DNA from: a virus | Taxonomy: Duplodnaviria; Caudoviricetes | DNA: 64,000 nt | IMG/VR virus record: IMGVR_UViG_3300021400_000095 | Direction: 5' to 3' (one strand) | In this document: piece by piece, positions 42,538-52,692 of the stretch | Layout: every line of letters begins with the position of its first letter | Position numbering within the stretch: position 1 is the first letter of the stretch | Translations under genes and position numbers: made by a program | Notes under the pieces: generated by a model | What the model was told of the DNA's origin: nothing | The model's input: the letters and a program-made list of their open reading frames with translations, nothing else | The model's database searches: none

Positions 42538-42685
42538 AATTTATATAATTTTTATACAAATATAAATAGTAAATAAAAAATAAAAAATCCATAACCTGCG
42601 GAGTATCAATGGGTTATGCCCATTGCTTTATAAAACAAAAAAAGGAGCATTACTGCTCCTTTTCAATCAAGAATAATTAAGGTAT

Positions 42686-43180
42686 TTAGTCATTTATATT
42701 ATTTAACATTTCCAAGTCAGAACTTTGTGAATTCCAGCTTTCCATCCAATTAATATAGAAGGCACTTAATTTATTAAGGACAACCATATTATCTTTTGAA
42801 AGGATAAGTCCATCAGCCCAAATAAAGCATCCATTACCTGTATTTGTTCTTAATTTAAATTGGAATTTAAGGTTATTGAGTCTTGGAATAGTGCCACTAA
42901 ATATAAGATTACCTGTTTTTGGCATATAGATAAGTGGGCAATCTGCTACATCATCTGAAGGTTTTGCAAATTGAGCACTTCCATCAACAATTGTTCTGAA
43001 TTGTTGAATTTGGTTAGAAAGTACTTGTTGCCCAAATTTTGGGTCATCTGTAATTGCAATAGCATTATCATCAACCTCATCATTTGTATCTTCAACAATA
43101 AGATTTTTTTCTGAATATGTTCCTTCCTGAATATTTCTAATTGTAGAAAGGATATTTCTTGTTTTTATATCTTCTTTCAT
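42686..43180 (-). CDS. hypothetical protein
   Basis: ORF starting MKEDIK. Confidence 0.65.
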   Translation of the reverse strand: MKEDIKTRNILSTIRNIQEGTYSEKNLIVEDTNDEVDDNAIAITDDPKFGQQVLSNQIQQFRTIVDGSAQFAKPSDDVADCPLIYMPKTGNLIFSGTIPRLNNLKFQFKLRTNTGNGCFIWADGLILSKDNMVVLNKLSAFYINWMESWNSQSSDLEMLNNIND

Positions 43181-43181
43181 G

Positions 43182-43613
43182 TTAATAGTCCATATACATA
43201 CCATTCCAGGTATATGTTATATTATTGTTTTTAATTATTGTTTTTACTTCTTCTTTAAGGTCTTCTGCTTTTTTCATTTCTTCTTGAATGATTTCTTCAG
43301 CCTTTTCAGGTTCATTTTCAATTTTTTCATTCAGTTCTTTTTGTGCTTTTTCAACCTCATTTATTTTTTCAGTAATTTGTTCAAAAACAGTTGTATCAGG
43401 TTCATTTATTTCAACATTTTCAGTAGTAATAGTTGTTTCAATCTTATTCAATGCATCTTCAATATTATTTACCATATCATTGTTTTCAGGTGCAACATTT
43501 TCAACAGTATTATTAGTTTCATTAACATTATTAATTACTTCTTTGTTTTCAGTGTTGACTGCTGTTTCAACTTCCTTTTTTGTTCTTGGTTTTCTTGTTT
43601 TTGTTTCTGCCAT
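43182..43613 (-). CDS. acidic coiled-coil late protein
   Basis: Glu/Asn-rich; late motif at about 43627. Confidence 0.65.
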   Translation of the reverse strand: MAETKTRKPRTKKEVETAVNTENKEVINNVNETNNTVENVAPENNDMVNNIEDALNKIETTITTENVEINEPDTTVFEQITEKINEVEKAQKELNEKIENEPEKAEEIIQEEMKKAEDLKEEVKTIIKNNNITYTWNGMYMDY

Positions 43614-43646
43614 AATTACATTTATTTATAAATAGTTTATTTTTGT

Positions 43647-44339
43647 TTAATTATTCATCATTAATGCAGCACTTCTCATTTTTATAAAACTTTTTGCATT
43701 GATTTGCCTAACTCTTTCTTTTGAAATGCCAAGTTCTTTTCCAATTTCTTCAAGGGTTTTTGGTTTTGACCCATCAAGCCCATAATATTTTGTTAATATA
43801 TTTTTTTCCTTATCAGATAAAAAGTTCATTAAATAACCAACAACTTTTTTTTCTTCATCTGCTTTATCTTGTTTTGCTTCTTCATCAAATAGAAAGTCAT
43901 TATTAACAACAACAGTTGAATCATCTTTATAATCATCTTCTATTTCAACATCATTAATTGGAAGGTCATCTGCATCCATTACATTTTTCTTTTTAATTGC
44001 TTCAACTATAGCCTGTCTAATCCACCAAACAGAATAACTAATCAATTTAAATCCCTTATCACCATCAAATTTATCAATTGCTCTGATTAATCCACAATTA
44101 CCTTCAGAAATAAGTTCATTATAAGACAATCCCATTCCTTGATAATGTTTTGCAATGCTTGCAACAAATTTTAAATTGCATGACACCAATTTATTTCTTG
44201 CTTCAATATCATTTTCTTCCTTATATTTTTTCCAAAGTTCATATTCTTCATCCCTTTCAAGGGGTTGACTCTTTGTTATCTCATTAAAATATAATAAAGC
44301 ACTCTTATCATAGTCAATAACATTCTTATTTCTTTTCAT
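43647..44339 (-). CDS. second sigma-70 family sigma factor
   Basis: ARNKLV..NLKFV.SIAK.YQ.MGL...ELISEGN.GL..A..KFD..KGFK.ISY.VWWIRQ; TLEEIG..LGISKERVRQI. Confidence 0.93.
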   Translation of the reverse strand: MKRNKNVIDYDKSALLYFNEITKSQPLERDEEYELWKKYKEENDIEARNKLVSCNLKFVASIAKHYQGMGLSYNELISEGNCGLIRAIDKFDGDKGFKLISYSVWWIRQAIVEAIKKKNVMDADDLPINDVEIEDDYKDDSTVVVNNDFLFDEEAKQDKADEEKKVVGYLMNFLSDKEKNILTKYYGLDGSKPKTLEEIGKELGISKERVRQINAKSFIKMRSAALMMNN

Positions 44340-45141
44340 CTTGTATCATGTTTTCATCTTCATTATTTTTAATTTTAAAATATTCATCAATTCTTTGTTT
44401 ACTCATTTCATAATATTCATCAACCTTCTCAATACCAATAAAATTTCTATTTAATTTTATTGCTGCAATTCCTGATGTGCCACTTCCAAGAAATGGGTCT
44501 AAAACCAAATCACCTTCATTTGTCCATGATTTTATATGGTCATAAGCAAGTTGTTCTGGAAATACAGCAGGATGACTTGTCTTATTTTTTGCAACAGCAA
44601 TTTCCCACACATTTGATTTTACTTTTTCATTATTAATGTTAAAAGTTTTATGTGTTCTTCCATTTTCACCACCCATATTTTTACAAGTACTATCATATTT
44701 CTGGCCAGCACATTTACAAGGAACCATTATTGGATTAAATGTTTTTGGCTTCCCTTTACTGAATACAAACATGTATTCAAAATCTTGATTATACCTTGGT
44801 TGTTTAACTTGTGGCATACTATTGGTTTTTTTGAAAATCATAGTATCATTCAGATTAAAGCCATAGTTCATAAAAGCAAGTGCTTGTTTAAATGAAGTAC
44901 CTGTCTCACTCCCCTTTTCAGTTTTATCACCAACAACCCAAACAATAACACCACCTGGTTTAAGAATATCATATAATTTCAAAGCAACCTCCTTACAAAT
45001 ATCCAAATTCCATTCACAAGTATTGTTATAAGTTCTCATGTTGTCATAAGGTGGACTTGTTATTACCATATCAACCTGTATTTTTTTTGCTATAAGGTCA
45101 TCTAAGATATCTCTACAATCACCTTTTATAATATTATACAT
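44326..45141 (-). CDS. N4-C/N6-A DNA methyltransferase (beta class)
   Basis: TSPPY before HPAVFP and VLDPFLGSGTS. Confidence 0.92.
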   Translation of the reverse strand: MYNIIKGDCRDILDDLIAKKIQVDMVITSPPYDNMRTYNNTCEWNLDICKEVALKLYDILKPGGVIVWVVGDKTEKGSETGTSFKQALAFMNYGFNLNDTMIFKKTNSMPQVKQPRYNQDFEYMFVFSKGKPKTFNPIMVPCKCAGQKYDSTCKNMGGENGRTHKTFNINNEKVKSNVWEIAVAKNKTSHPAVFPEQLAYDHIKSWTNEGDLVLDPFLGSGTSGIAAIKLNRNFIGIEKVDEYYEMSKQRIDEYFKIKNNEDENMIQDEKK

Positions 45142-47548
45142 AGTTAGTTACTGATTTTATTGAACTTATGTTATTTATTTTTTGGACTGTGATTATTTGG
45201 TCATGATATTCAATCCACTGATTTAAGTGACAGATATGCAAAACAAAATCATAATTTGCAACAATCTTATCATATAATTTCTTCATATCATCATAATTTG
45301 CTTCTGCAACACCACCAAGGACTTCATCAAGCAAGATAAAGGAGACATTGCAGAGATTACTCATGTTACCTAGAACAACCCTTAATGCAAGTGCAGCCTG
45401 TGTTTTTTCAAGTCCTGATGCTCCTGCCAAATTATATTTGATACCATCTCTTGACATTATAAAATTAACATCACCCTTTTCATTGATTTCAACTTGAACT
45501 TCAAAATCTGCAACACCTGTAAGTAATCTATTAATTTCTGCATTAATAATTGGAATTGCATTTCTTAAAACCATTTTTGAGATACCATCTTTACCAATCA
45601 TCTTAAGATAAAGTTTCCAGTTCTTTTCAATTGCAAGTTCATTTTCAATTTTTACAATGTAAGACTTTTTTTCTTTAATACTTTCAATGTTATGATTAAT
45701 CATTGCTTTATTTTCAGATAATGTATTGTTTAGATTAATTCTTATCTTATCTTCAATGTTAATACTATCATTACAAACATTTATCTTTGCATCAAGTTCA
45801 TCATTGTACTTAATGGCTTCTTTATTTTCCTTAAGTTTCTTAATTGTATCAATAATATCCCTACCTTCAAGTCTTAATGATAATATTTGGGATTCAAGAG
45901 CAGCAACCTTTAACTCAATTTTGTTTTTCTCAGTCTGATTATTTCTTATGACTTCAATCCTTTCAATTTCTTTTATTAACTCTTCTTTCTTACTATTTTT
46001 TGTAATTCCTTCTTGAATTAGTTTATTGATACCAGATTCATTTGCTTCAATAAGTTTTGTATTATCAATATTATCATATTTCCTATGACATGTTGGACAA
46101 TATTCACCTTCAGCAAGGGATTTGTTCTTTTCTTTAAGAAGTTTGATATTTGCTTTTATGCTTGCAATTTCTTCAACTAAATTGTCTTTCATTGACTTAA
46201 GTTCATTATATTCATCAAGAGAATAATCAACCTCCTTTATTTTTGCAGATTCTTCTTTTAAATCATTGGCTTGTTTTGTCTTAGCAACACCATCAGTCTT
46301 AATAATTTCAAGTCTTTTTTCCAATGTTGTTATATCACCTTTTTTAAGAAGGTTTTCATCAACAGGTTTCTTTTCTGAAAAATACCTTTCTTTATCTGAA
46401 GTATATTGTTTTATCTTTTTTTCACATTCTTTTATTTTTCCATCAATGATTTCATTGTCTTTACTTGTTTGTACATTAGTTTCTTCAAGTTCTTTAATTT
46501 CATTCTTTAAAGTTTCTCTATTATACAAATCACAATATCTGCCAACAGATATTTTTTTATTCCATATTTCTTTTGCCTTATTATTTTTATCTTCAAGACA
46601 TGAAAGACCAATCCATCTTGACAATAATTTTCCTCTTTCATCATTTTTAAGAGAAATCAAATCATCAAGGTCCTTTGCATTTGCTGAAATAATAAGGTCA
46701 AAATCCTTTTCATTGCCAATGGCTTCCTTAATTATTTTATTGGTTTTTGTTGAACTTTCTTCTTGCAAATTTACTGAATCTTTAAGTTCTTCCATTTCAC
46801 CATTTTCACAGACTTTAAAATATTCAATTTTCTGTGTTGCAGTTCTTATTTCTTTCTTTGATTTTGATGGTCTTTTTAATGTTCTTCTAATAATATAATC
46901 AGAGCCTTCAATATTAATACAACCTTCAACTTTAAGTTCAGTTTCATCAGGCAAAAATGAATTAAACAAAGCACCTAGATTAAATTGTCCACTTTCAGTT
47001 TTTGCTTTACCTGATTTTGTTTCACCAAAGAAAAGAAAATGTAACAAGTCATAAGCAAATGTTGATTTTCCACTTTTATTTGCTGGTTCACCATTTAACA
47101 AGACAAGGCCATGAAGTTGTGTAAAATCAAAATGGTTTTCTTTACCATAAGAAAGAAAATTACTCCAATCAAGCCATTTTACTGAATATCTTTTTCCAGT
47201 TTCATATTGTGAATAATCCATCAAAGCATTAACTGTTGAGTCAATTTTCACAATTTCATCAAAGTTACAATCTTCAATGTTATTTTCTTCAATATATTCT
47301 TTAAATAACTTATGTTGAAATGCTGGGTCTGTAATACTTTTTATGTTTTCACTATTAAGACCTGCATTGGTATTTGTTACTGATGTTTGATAATCCTTTT
47401 CAATAATAATGTTTGATTCTGGAATATCATATTTTTTTGCAAACAATGTTCTTATATTGTTTTCCTTTTCTTTGGAATAATCAACAGGTTTTACCTTCCA
47501 AACAATTGAAACTTTTGCTTTTTTTCCAATATCAATTTTCTTTTCCAT
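45134..47548 (-). CDS. SbcC/Rad50-like (T4 gp46-like) recombination ATPase
   Basis: NFLSYG, Walker A NKSGKST, coiled coil with CPTC zinc hook, signature SGLEK, Walker B ILLDE. Confidence 0.9.
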   Translation of the reverse strand: MEKKIDIGKKAKVSIVWKVKPVDYSKEKENNIRTLFAKKYDIPESNIIIEKDYQTSVTNTNAGLNSENIKSITDPAFQHKLFKEYIEENNIEDCNFDEIVKIDSTVNALMDYSQYETGKRYSVKWLDWSNFLSYGKENHFDFTQLHGLVLLNGEPANKSGKSTFAYDLLHFLFFGETKSGKAKTESGQFNLGALFNSFLPDETELKVEGCINIEGSDYIIRRTLKRPSKSKKEIRTATQKIEYFKVCENGEMEELKDSVNLQEESSTKTNKIIKEAIGNEKDFDLIISANAKDLDDLISLKNDERGKLLSRWIGLSCLEDKNNKAKEIWNKKISVGRYCDLYNRETLKNEIKELEETNVQTSKDNEIIDGKIKECEKKIKQYTSDKERYFSEKKPVDENLLKKGDITTLEKRLEIIKTDGVAKTKQANDLKEESAKIKEVDYSLDEYNELKSMKDNLVEEIASIKANIKLLKEKNKSLAEGEYCPTCHRKYDNIDNTKLIEANESGINKLIQEGITKNSKKEELIKEIERIEVIRNNQTEKNKIELKVAALESQILSLRLEGRDIIDTIKKLKENKEAIKYNDELDAKINVCNDSINIEDKIRINLNNTLSENKAMINHNIESIKEKKSYIVKIENELAIEKNWKLYLKMIGKDGISKMVLRNAIPIINAEINRLLTGVADFEVQVEINEKGDVNFIMSRDGIKYNLAGASGLEKTQAALALRVVLGNMSNLCNVSFILLDEVLGGVAEANYDDMKKLYDKIVANYDFVLHICHLNQWIEYHDQIITVQKINNISSIKSVTNYV

Positions 47549-48000
47549 TATTTTAATCTTCTTTTTTTTGGTTTATCTTTTAAATTTTCTATATGCTCAA
47601 CTGTTGTTGTTTGTTTATCATCAGATTTAATTTGTGTCTGGGCTTCAGAAACTGGCTCAAAATAAAATGATTTTCCAACAGGCTCATCCATTTTAATTTC
47701 AGAAACTTCTTTTTTTGGTACTGTTAAATTATAATCAGCAACAGGCTCAGATTTTATTTCATCATTAATTAATTCATCCCAATGTTCATTTATAACTACT
47801 TGAATTTGTTCAGGAATTTCTTCTTGTTTTTTTAAATGACTAAATGGTGCATCACCATATTTTTCAACCATAAAAGATTTCCTTATTAAATCATCCACAA
47901 AATCACCAAATTTTAAATCATTTATCTGACAATATTCCTTTATGTCATGATAAAGTTTTTCACTTATTAAAATACTATGTGTTTTTTTGCTTTTTTCCAT
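47548..48000 (-). CDS. hypothetical protein with ribbon-helix-helix-like N-terminus
   Basis: SILISEKLYHDIKEYC. Confidence 0.55.
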   Translation of the reverse strand: MEKSKKTHSILISEKLYHDIKEYCQINDLKFGDFVDDLIRKSFMVEKYGDAPFSHLKKQEEIPEQIQVVINEHWDELINDEIKSEPVADYNLTVPKKEVSEIKMDEPVGKSFYFEPVSEAQTQIKSDDKQTTTVEHIENLKDKPKKRRLK

Positions 48001-48103
48001 GTAATTTATTGATTTTTAACAAAAATACAAAAAATAAGTATAAAAACAAAATATTTATTTACTTTTTAGTCCAATAATTTTATTTTAAATTAAAACTATT
48101 AAT

Positions 48104-48910
48104 ATGGACAATAATTTTCCAAGAGTAATATTAGGTCTTGATGTCAGTACAAATTGTATTGGTATCAGTATTGTTGAAGATAATGGTGTTGATGAAAAAC
48201 CTAAAATAATTGCAATCACACAGAAATCACCAAGAATTCCTAAAAAAATTAAAGGAATTGAAGCACTTTGTTTAAAAAAATTTGGTTTTGATGAAGGCTT
48301 TCTTAAAAATTTAAATGAATATACAGATAAAAAGATAACAGATGTTGTTATTGAAGAACCTTTGGTTTCATCAAATAATGTAAACACTGTTGCCACATTG
48401 TTAAAATTCACTGGAATGATTGCTGATAGTGTATATACTACATTAGGGATTGTACCAGTTTTTATTTCATCATATGATGCCAGAACATATTCATTCCCTG
48501 AATTAATAGCAATTAGAAAATTTAATAAACAAGGAAAGGTTTATCCTTTATCACATATCAAGAATGCTATTAAGAAGAATAATATTGTTTTATTTGGTGC
48601 ATATCCTTATGATGTTGATAAAAAAACTGTTATGATGAACATGGTAAATGATACATATTTTGGTGATGACCTTATACCATGGGAAAAAAATAAGTATGAT
48701 GAACTTAAGAAAGAAAACTATGATGCTTGTGATGCATTGATATGTGCATTGGCATATGTTAATATAAATAGACATGGCATTTCAACAACAGAAATTGTTG
48801 ATTCTGAAATTGAAGAAAATGATGATGAGTATATTATTAAATATACAACATCAATATGGGACAAGAAATTCCCCAAAACACTAATTTTGCCAAAAAATAA
48901 TGCTGAATAA
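48104..48910 (+). CDS. RuvC-like Holliday junction resolvase
   Basis: ILGLDVST..IG, VVIEEP, YD.CDA. Confidence 0.8.
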   Translation: MDNNFPRVILGLDVSTNCIGISIVEDNGVDEKPKIIAITQKSPRIPKKIKGIEALCLKKFGFDEGFLKNLNEYTDKKITDVVIEEPLVSSNNVNTVATLLKFTGMIADSVYTTLGIVPVFISSYDARTYSFPELIAIRKFNKQGKVYPLSHIKNAIKKNNIVLFGAYPYDVDKKTVMMNMVNDTYFGDDLIPWEKNKYDELKKENYDACDALICALAYVNINRHGISTTEIVDSEIEENDDEYIIKYTTSIWDKKFPKTLILPKNNAE

Positions 48911-48975
48911 TAATTTTATTTGTTTACCAACTATTTATAAGAGAAATAACAGACAAAAAACAAATAATATATATT

Positions 48976-49764
48976 ATGGCATATTTAAATGACCCAAGAG
49001 AACAAGCAATTGACATTGACAACCATGTTATCTGGGAATCTGACAATAGGATTGAGAAAAGATATCAATGGGGTGCAATGATTACAGATTTGTGTGACAT
49101 GTCTCCTGAAGAATATATGAAAAATCCTTTAATTGAAGCAGTCAAAGCTGGTGGTAATACTGATGAACTTAAGGATGTAATTGAAGAAAGTGCTAACAAA
49201 ATTACTGATAAGATTGGTGAAGCATCTGATGCTATTGTAGAAGGAAACTGTGAATGTATCAGTGATGCTACAGTTGAAATTACTGATGCAATCTATTCAG
49301 CAGCAACTATCATTTCAAAGGGTATAAGTGGTTTAACTCCTGTTGAAGTTGTTCTTTATTATACATCAGTCAATAACAGCACATTACCTGAAAATTTAAC
49401 TGAAGATGATTTTACAAGTGCTGCTATTGGTGTTGGTTCTGATTCTTTTATAAACTTCATTTTAGGTGACCCAACACCTGAACAATGGGAACAATATATA
49501 AATAAGGAGATTACAGAACAAGAATTAAGAACAGTTGCAGCAAATGACTATTACCTTTCAATACCAAAGGCATATAAAGATAAAGTCTCAATTCAAGAAA
49601 ATGGTACAGTAGATTTAACAGACAATTTCATTGAAGTTGAAAATGTAAGTCTTTTTGGTGATAATATCTTATATAGGTCACAAGATGTTGATTACTTCAA
49701 TGAAGATTATGAATCTGGTGAAACCAAAGTTAAAATTCCATTTAAAATAACTATAACTAAATAA
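48976..49764 (+). CDS. acidic late/virion protein
   Basis: AACTATTTATA at 48929. Confidence 0.6.
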   Translation: MAYLNDPREQAIDIDNHVIWESDNRIEKRYQWGAMITDLCDMSPEEYMKNPLIEAVKAGGNTDELKDVIEESANKITDKIGEASDAIVEGNCECISDATVEITDAIYSAATIISKGISGLTPVEVVLYYTSVNNSTLPENLTEDDFTSAAIGVGSDSFINFILGDPTPEQWEQYINKEITEQELRTVAANDYYLSIPKAYKDKVSIQENGTVDLTDNFIEVENVSLFGDNILYRSQDVDYFNEDYESGETKVKIPFKITITK

Positions 49765-49772
49765 ATTAAACT

Positions 49773-50018
49773 ATGCCAAGTGTAAATTCAGGAACACAAA
49801 AATTTTCAAGTCAATTTCAATATACAGGTGATGGCCCATTAGATACAAAACAAGCACCTGTTCCAACACTTGCTGACCTTCCATCAGCATTAAAATCATA
49901 TGAAGGACAAACAGTAACTGTTCTTTCAGATGATAAAGGAGAAATTAGTGATTGGCAATTCACTGATGGACAATGGGTTAAAAAATACCAAATAGTTGAT
50001 TGTGGTGAATTCTTTTAA
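49773..50018 (+). CDS. small virion protein
   Basis: F.Y....PLD ... YEGQTVTV ... VDCGEF. Confidence 0.6.
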   Translation: MPSVNSGTQKFSSQFQYTGDGPLDTKQAPVPTLADLPSALKSYEGQTVTVLSDDKGEISDWQFTDGQWVKKYQIVDCGEFF

Positions 50019-50117
50019 AAAATAAAATTAGAATAAAATTAAAAAAGGCTGTGGTAAAAAACTACAGTCTTTTTTGTTTTTTATTTCAACTTTTTGTATT
50101 TTTGCAAAAAGAATTTT

Positions 50118-51143
50118 ATGTTACCTGTTGAATGTAAAAGAATATATGATATATTGACTATGTTGTTTGGTAATAGCAAACAAGGTAGTTTCAGTACATC
50201 TGTAGACCAGTACCAATTTTGTTGTCCATGGGAAAGAGATGAAAATGGTGGAATACCTGACATGAAATTTAACATGGAAATAAACTTTAGCATTGGTAAA
50301 TGGCATACATGGTGCTGTAATCATGGTGGTAATATTTCTAAATTAATAAAAAAATGGGGAAATTCTGAATTACTTAAAGAATATTTTACTATAATTAATG
50401 AAATTAAAGAAAGTAAATATTATAACCTTGATTTATTTAAAGATACTGAATTTTCATTATATGGTATAAATAATAATGTAATACTTCCACCAACATTTAC
50501 CAAAATAAACATTGAAAAATGTAAAAAAAACAAATTGGTTGATTATCTGAATGAAAGAAAAATTACACAAGATATTATTGATAAGTATAATATAGGATAT
50601 ACAACATGGGATGAGGAACAATGGCAAGATAGAGATAGAATTATAATCCCATCATATGATTCAAATGGTGACCTTAATTTCTGGGTTGGAAGAGATTTCT
50701 CTGGAAACAAAAGTAAAGTTAAATATAAAAATTGTAAAGTTGACAAAAAAGAAATAATCTTCCAAGAAGGAAAAATTTTATGGTCATCTGATATATGGCT
50801 TGTTGAAGGTGCTATTGATTGTATTTATGGAAATGGAAATACTGTTTCTTTACTAGGTAAAACATTAACCAAAGATTGTAAACTTTATAAATCATTAAAT
50901 GAAAAAGCAAATGCTAATGTTGTGATTTGTCTTGATGGTGATGTAAATGATAATGAAATTAAAAGAATATATAATCTACTTAATAAAGGAAGACTATATA
51001 ATAAAATTTGGTATGTAAAACTTGGTACTGATGAACTTCCATGGAAAGACTTTGGAGAAGCATATCAAGATGGTGGGAAAAATAATATTATAAAAATAAT
51101 GAAATCAAGAAAACAATTTAATGAAATTGAATTACTTATATAA
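50118..51143 (+). CDS. DNA primase (DnaG/TOPRIM type)
   Basis: zinc-binding CCP..WH.WCC, YL..R.I, RIIIP, GR, KYKN, LVEG..D, CLDGD, KD. Confidence 0.88.
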   Translation: MLPVECKRIYDILTMLFGNSKQGSFSTSVDQYQFCCPWERDENGGIPDMKFNMEINFSIGKWHTWCCNHGGNISKLIKKWGNSELLKEYFTIINEIKESKYYNLDLFKDTEFSLYGINNNVILPPTFTKINIEKCKKNKLVDYLNERKITQDIIDKYNIGYTTWDEEQWQDRDRIIIPSYDSNGDLNFWVGRDFSGNKSKVKYKNCKVDKKEIIFQEGKILWSSDIWLVEGAIDCIYGNGNTVSLLGKTLTKDCKLYKSLNEKANANVVICLDGDVNDNEIKRIYNLLNKGRLYNKIWYVKLGTDELPWKDFGEAYQDGGKNNIIKIMKSRKQFNEIELLI

Positions 51144-51216
51144 TAGTCTGAAAATAAAAAAGAATTACTTGACTTAATTAATAATAGTATTTATTTTAAA
51201 ATAAAAGAATAGTTAT

Positions 51217-51897
51217 ATGGCATATAAAAAGAAACTTACTAGTGAAGAATTTGTTAAAACAATTATTGATAAGGAACTTGAAATTGTTAATGCTGATATC
51301 AGATATGATGATATAATTAAACTACCAAAAGAAGAACAAGAAAAACTTAAATGGTGGTCTAAATATAGTTTTAAAACTTTTGAACAATTTGAAGAATGGA
51401 AAGAGTTTTTCTATGAAAAATTCTATGATTGGCAACCAAAATCAATATCAAAAGAAATGATGAAAAAAGAATTCTCTTGGATTAATCTTATGTGGGGCCT
51501 TAAATATGATTTCCCATATGAAATAATTGAATTCTTTAAAGACCCTTGCTTCAAAAAAGCATATGATTTTTATAAATCACATGTTCCTGAATATGATATT
51601 AATAAAAGTCAGATTAATTTCACAAAATCAATACTTAATCTATATGATAAAAAACTGAAAAAATCATTTGTTTCTGACTTTGATGATTTTTATGATAAAG
51701 AAAAAGATAATATTGATGCTTATTTCAAAAATATTAATCAATATGAAAATGACCAATTAAAAGAACCTGTTGTTTTATTGATTTTATATGCTTTGAGAAA
51801 AAGAGAACCAAAAACTATTGAACTATGGCCTTTCTCAAATGACTTGCTGAAAGAATTCTTGAAAATTATGAATATTAGTACTGATGCTCTTACTTAA
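51217..51897 (+). CDS. hypothetical protein
   Basis: 226 aa ORF followed by a terminator at about 51910-51938. Confidence 0.65.
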   Translation: MAYKKKLTSEEFVKTIIDKELEIVNADIRYDDIIKLPKEEQEKLKWWSKYSFKTFEQFEEWKEFFYEKFYDWQPKSISKEMMKKEFSWINLMWGLKYDFPYEIIEFFKDPCFKKAYDFYKSHVPEYDINKSQINFTKSILNLYDKKLKKSFVSDFDDFYDKEKDNIDAYFKNINQYENDQLKEPVVLLILYALRKREPKTIELWPFSNDLLKEFLKIMNISTDALT

Positions 51898-51985
51898 TTA
51901 ATATAATTTGGGACTAATTTAATTAGTCCCTTTTTTTGTAATATAAAATTTTATTTGTATTTTTGTGGAAACAAACTAAAATAAT

Positions 51986-52687
51986 ATGAATACAACTTTA
52001 AATGATTTTGAAAAATTTGCAATTAGCAAAGGAATTAGTACAAATAAACTTGATGCATATTCAAAGAATATGATAAAAAATTATGGTGTTAATCCTGTTA
52101 TCTTGGAAGAAAGACAAATGAATGTCACAGCAATTGACATTTATTCAAGACTTATGTATGATAAAATTATCTTCTTGGGTACAGCAATTGATGATGTTGT
52201 AGCAAATATTGTTAATGCACAACTTCTCTACCTTAATTCAATTACTGATGAAGATGATGATATTAAAATGTTTATTAACTCACCTGGGGGTTCTGTAATT
52301 GATGGACTGGCAATATATGATTGCCTGAACTTTATTACACCTGATGTTTCAACATATTGTATGGGTATGGCAGCATCAATGGGGTCAATCCTTATTTCTT
52401 CAGGTGCAAGAGGAAAAAGATTTGCACTACCAAACAGTACTATCATGATTCACCAAGTAAGTTCAGGAACAGGTAGAGTACAAAATGCTGACCTTCAAAT
52501 TGCAGCAAAAGAATCACAAAAATGGCAAAATATTTTGTATAATATACTTGCTAAGAACACAGGAAAATCTATTGAAGAAATTGAACAAGATGCTGACAGA
52601 GACCATTGGCTAATGCCAAATGAAGCACTTCCTAATGTTTATGGCCCTTATGGTCTTATTGATGAAATAATAACAAAATCAAAGTAA
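51986..52687 (+). CDS. clpP: ATP-dependent Clp protease proteolytic subunit
   Basis: DIYSRL, INSPGGSV, GMAASMGS, IMIHQ, DRD. Confidence 0.95.
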   Translation: MNTTLNDFEKFAISKGISTNKLDAYSKNMIKNYGVNPVILEERQMNVTAIDIYSRLMYDKIIFLGTAIDDVVANIVNAQLLYLNSITDEDDDIKMFINSPGGSVIDGLAIYDCLNFITPDVSTYCMGMAASMGSILISSGARGKRFALPNSTIMIHQVSSGTGRVQNADLQIAAKESQKWQNILYNILAKNTGKSIEEIEQDADRDHWLMPNEALPNVYGPYGLIDEIITKSK

Positions 52688-52692
52688 TTATT

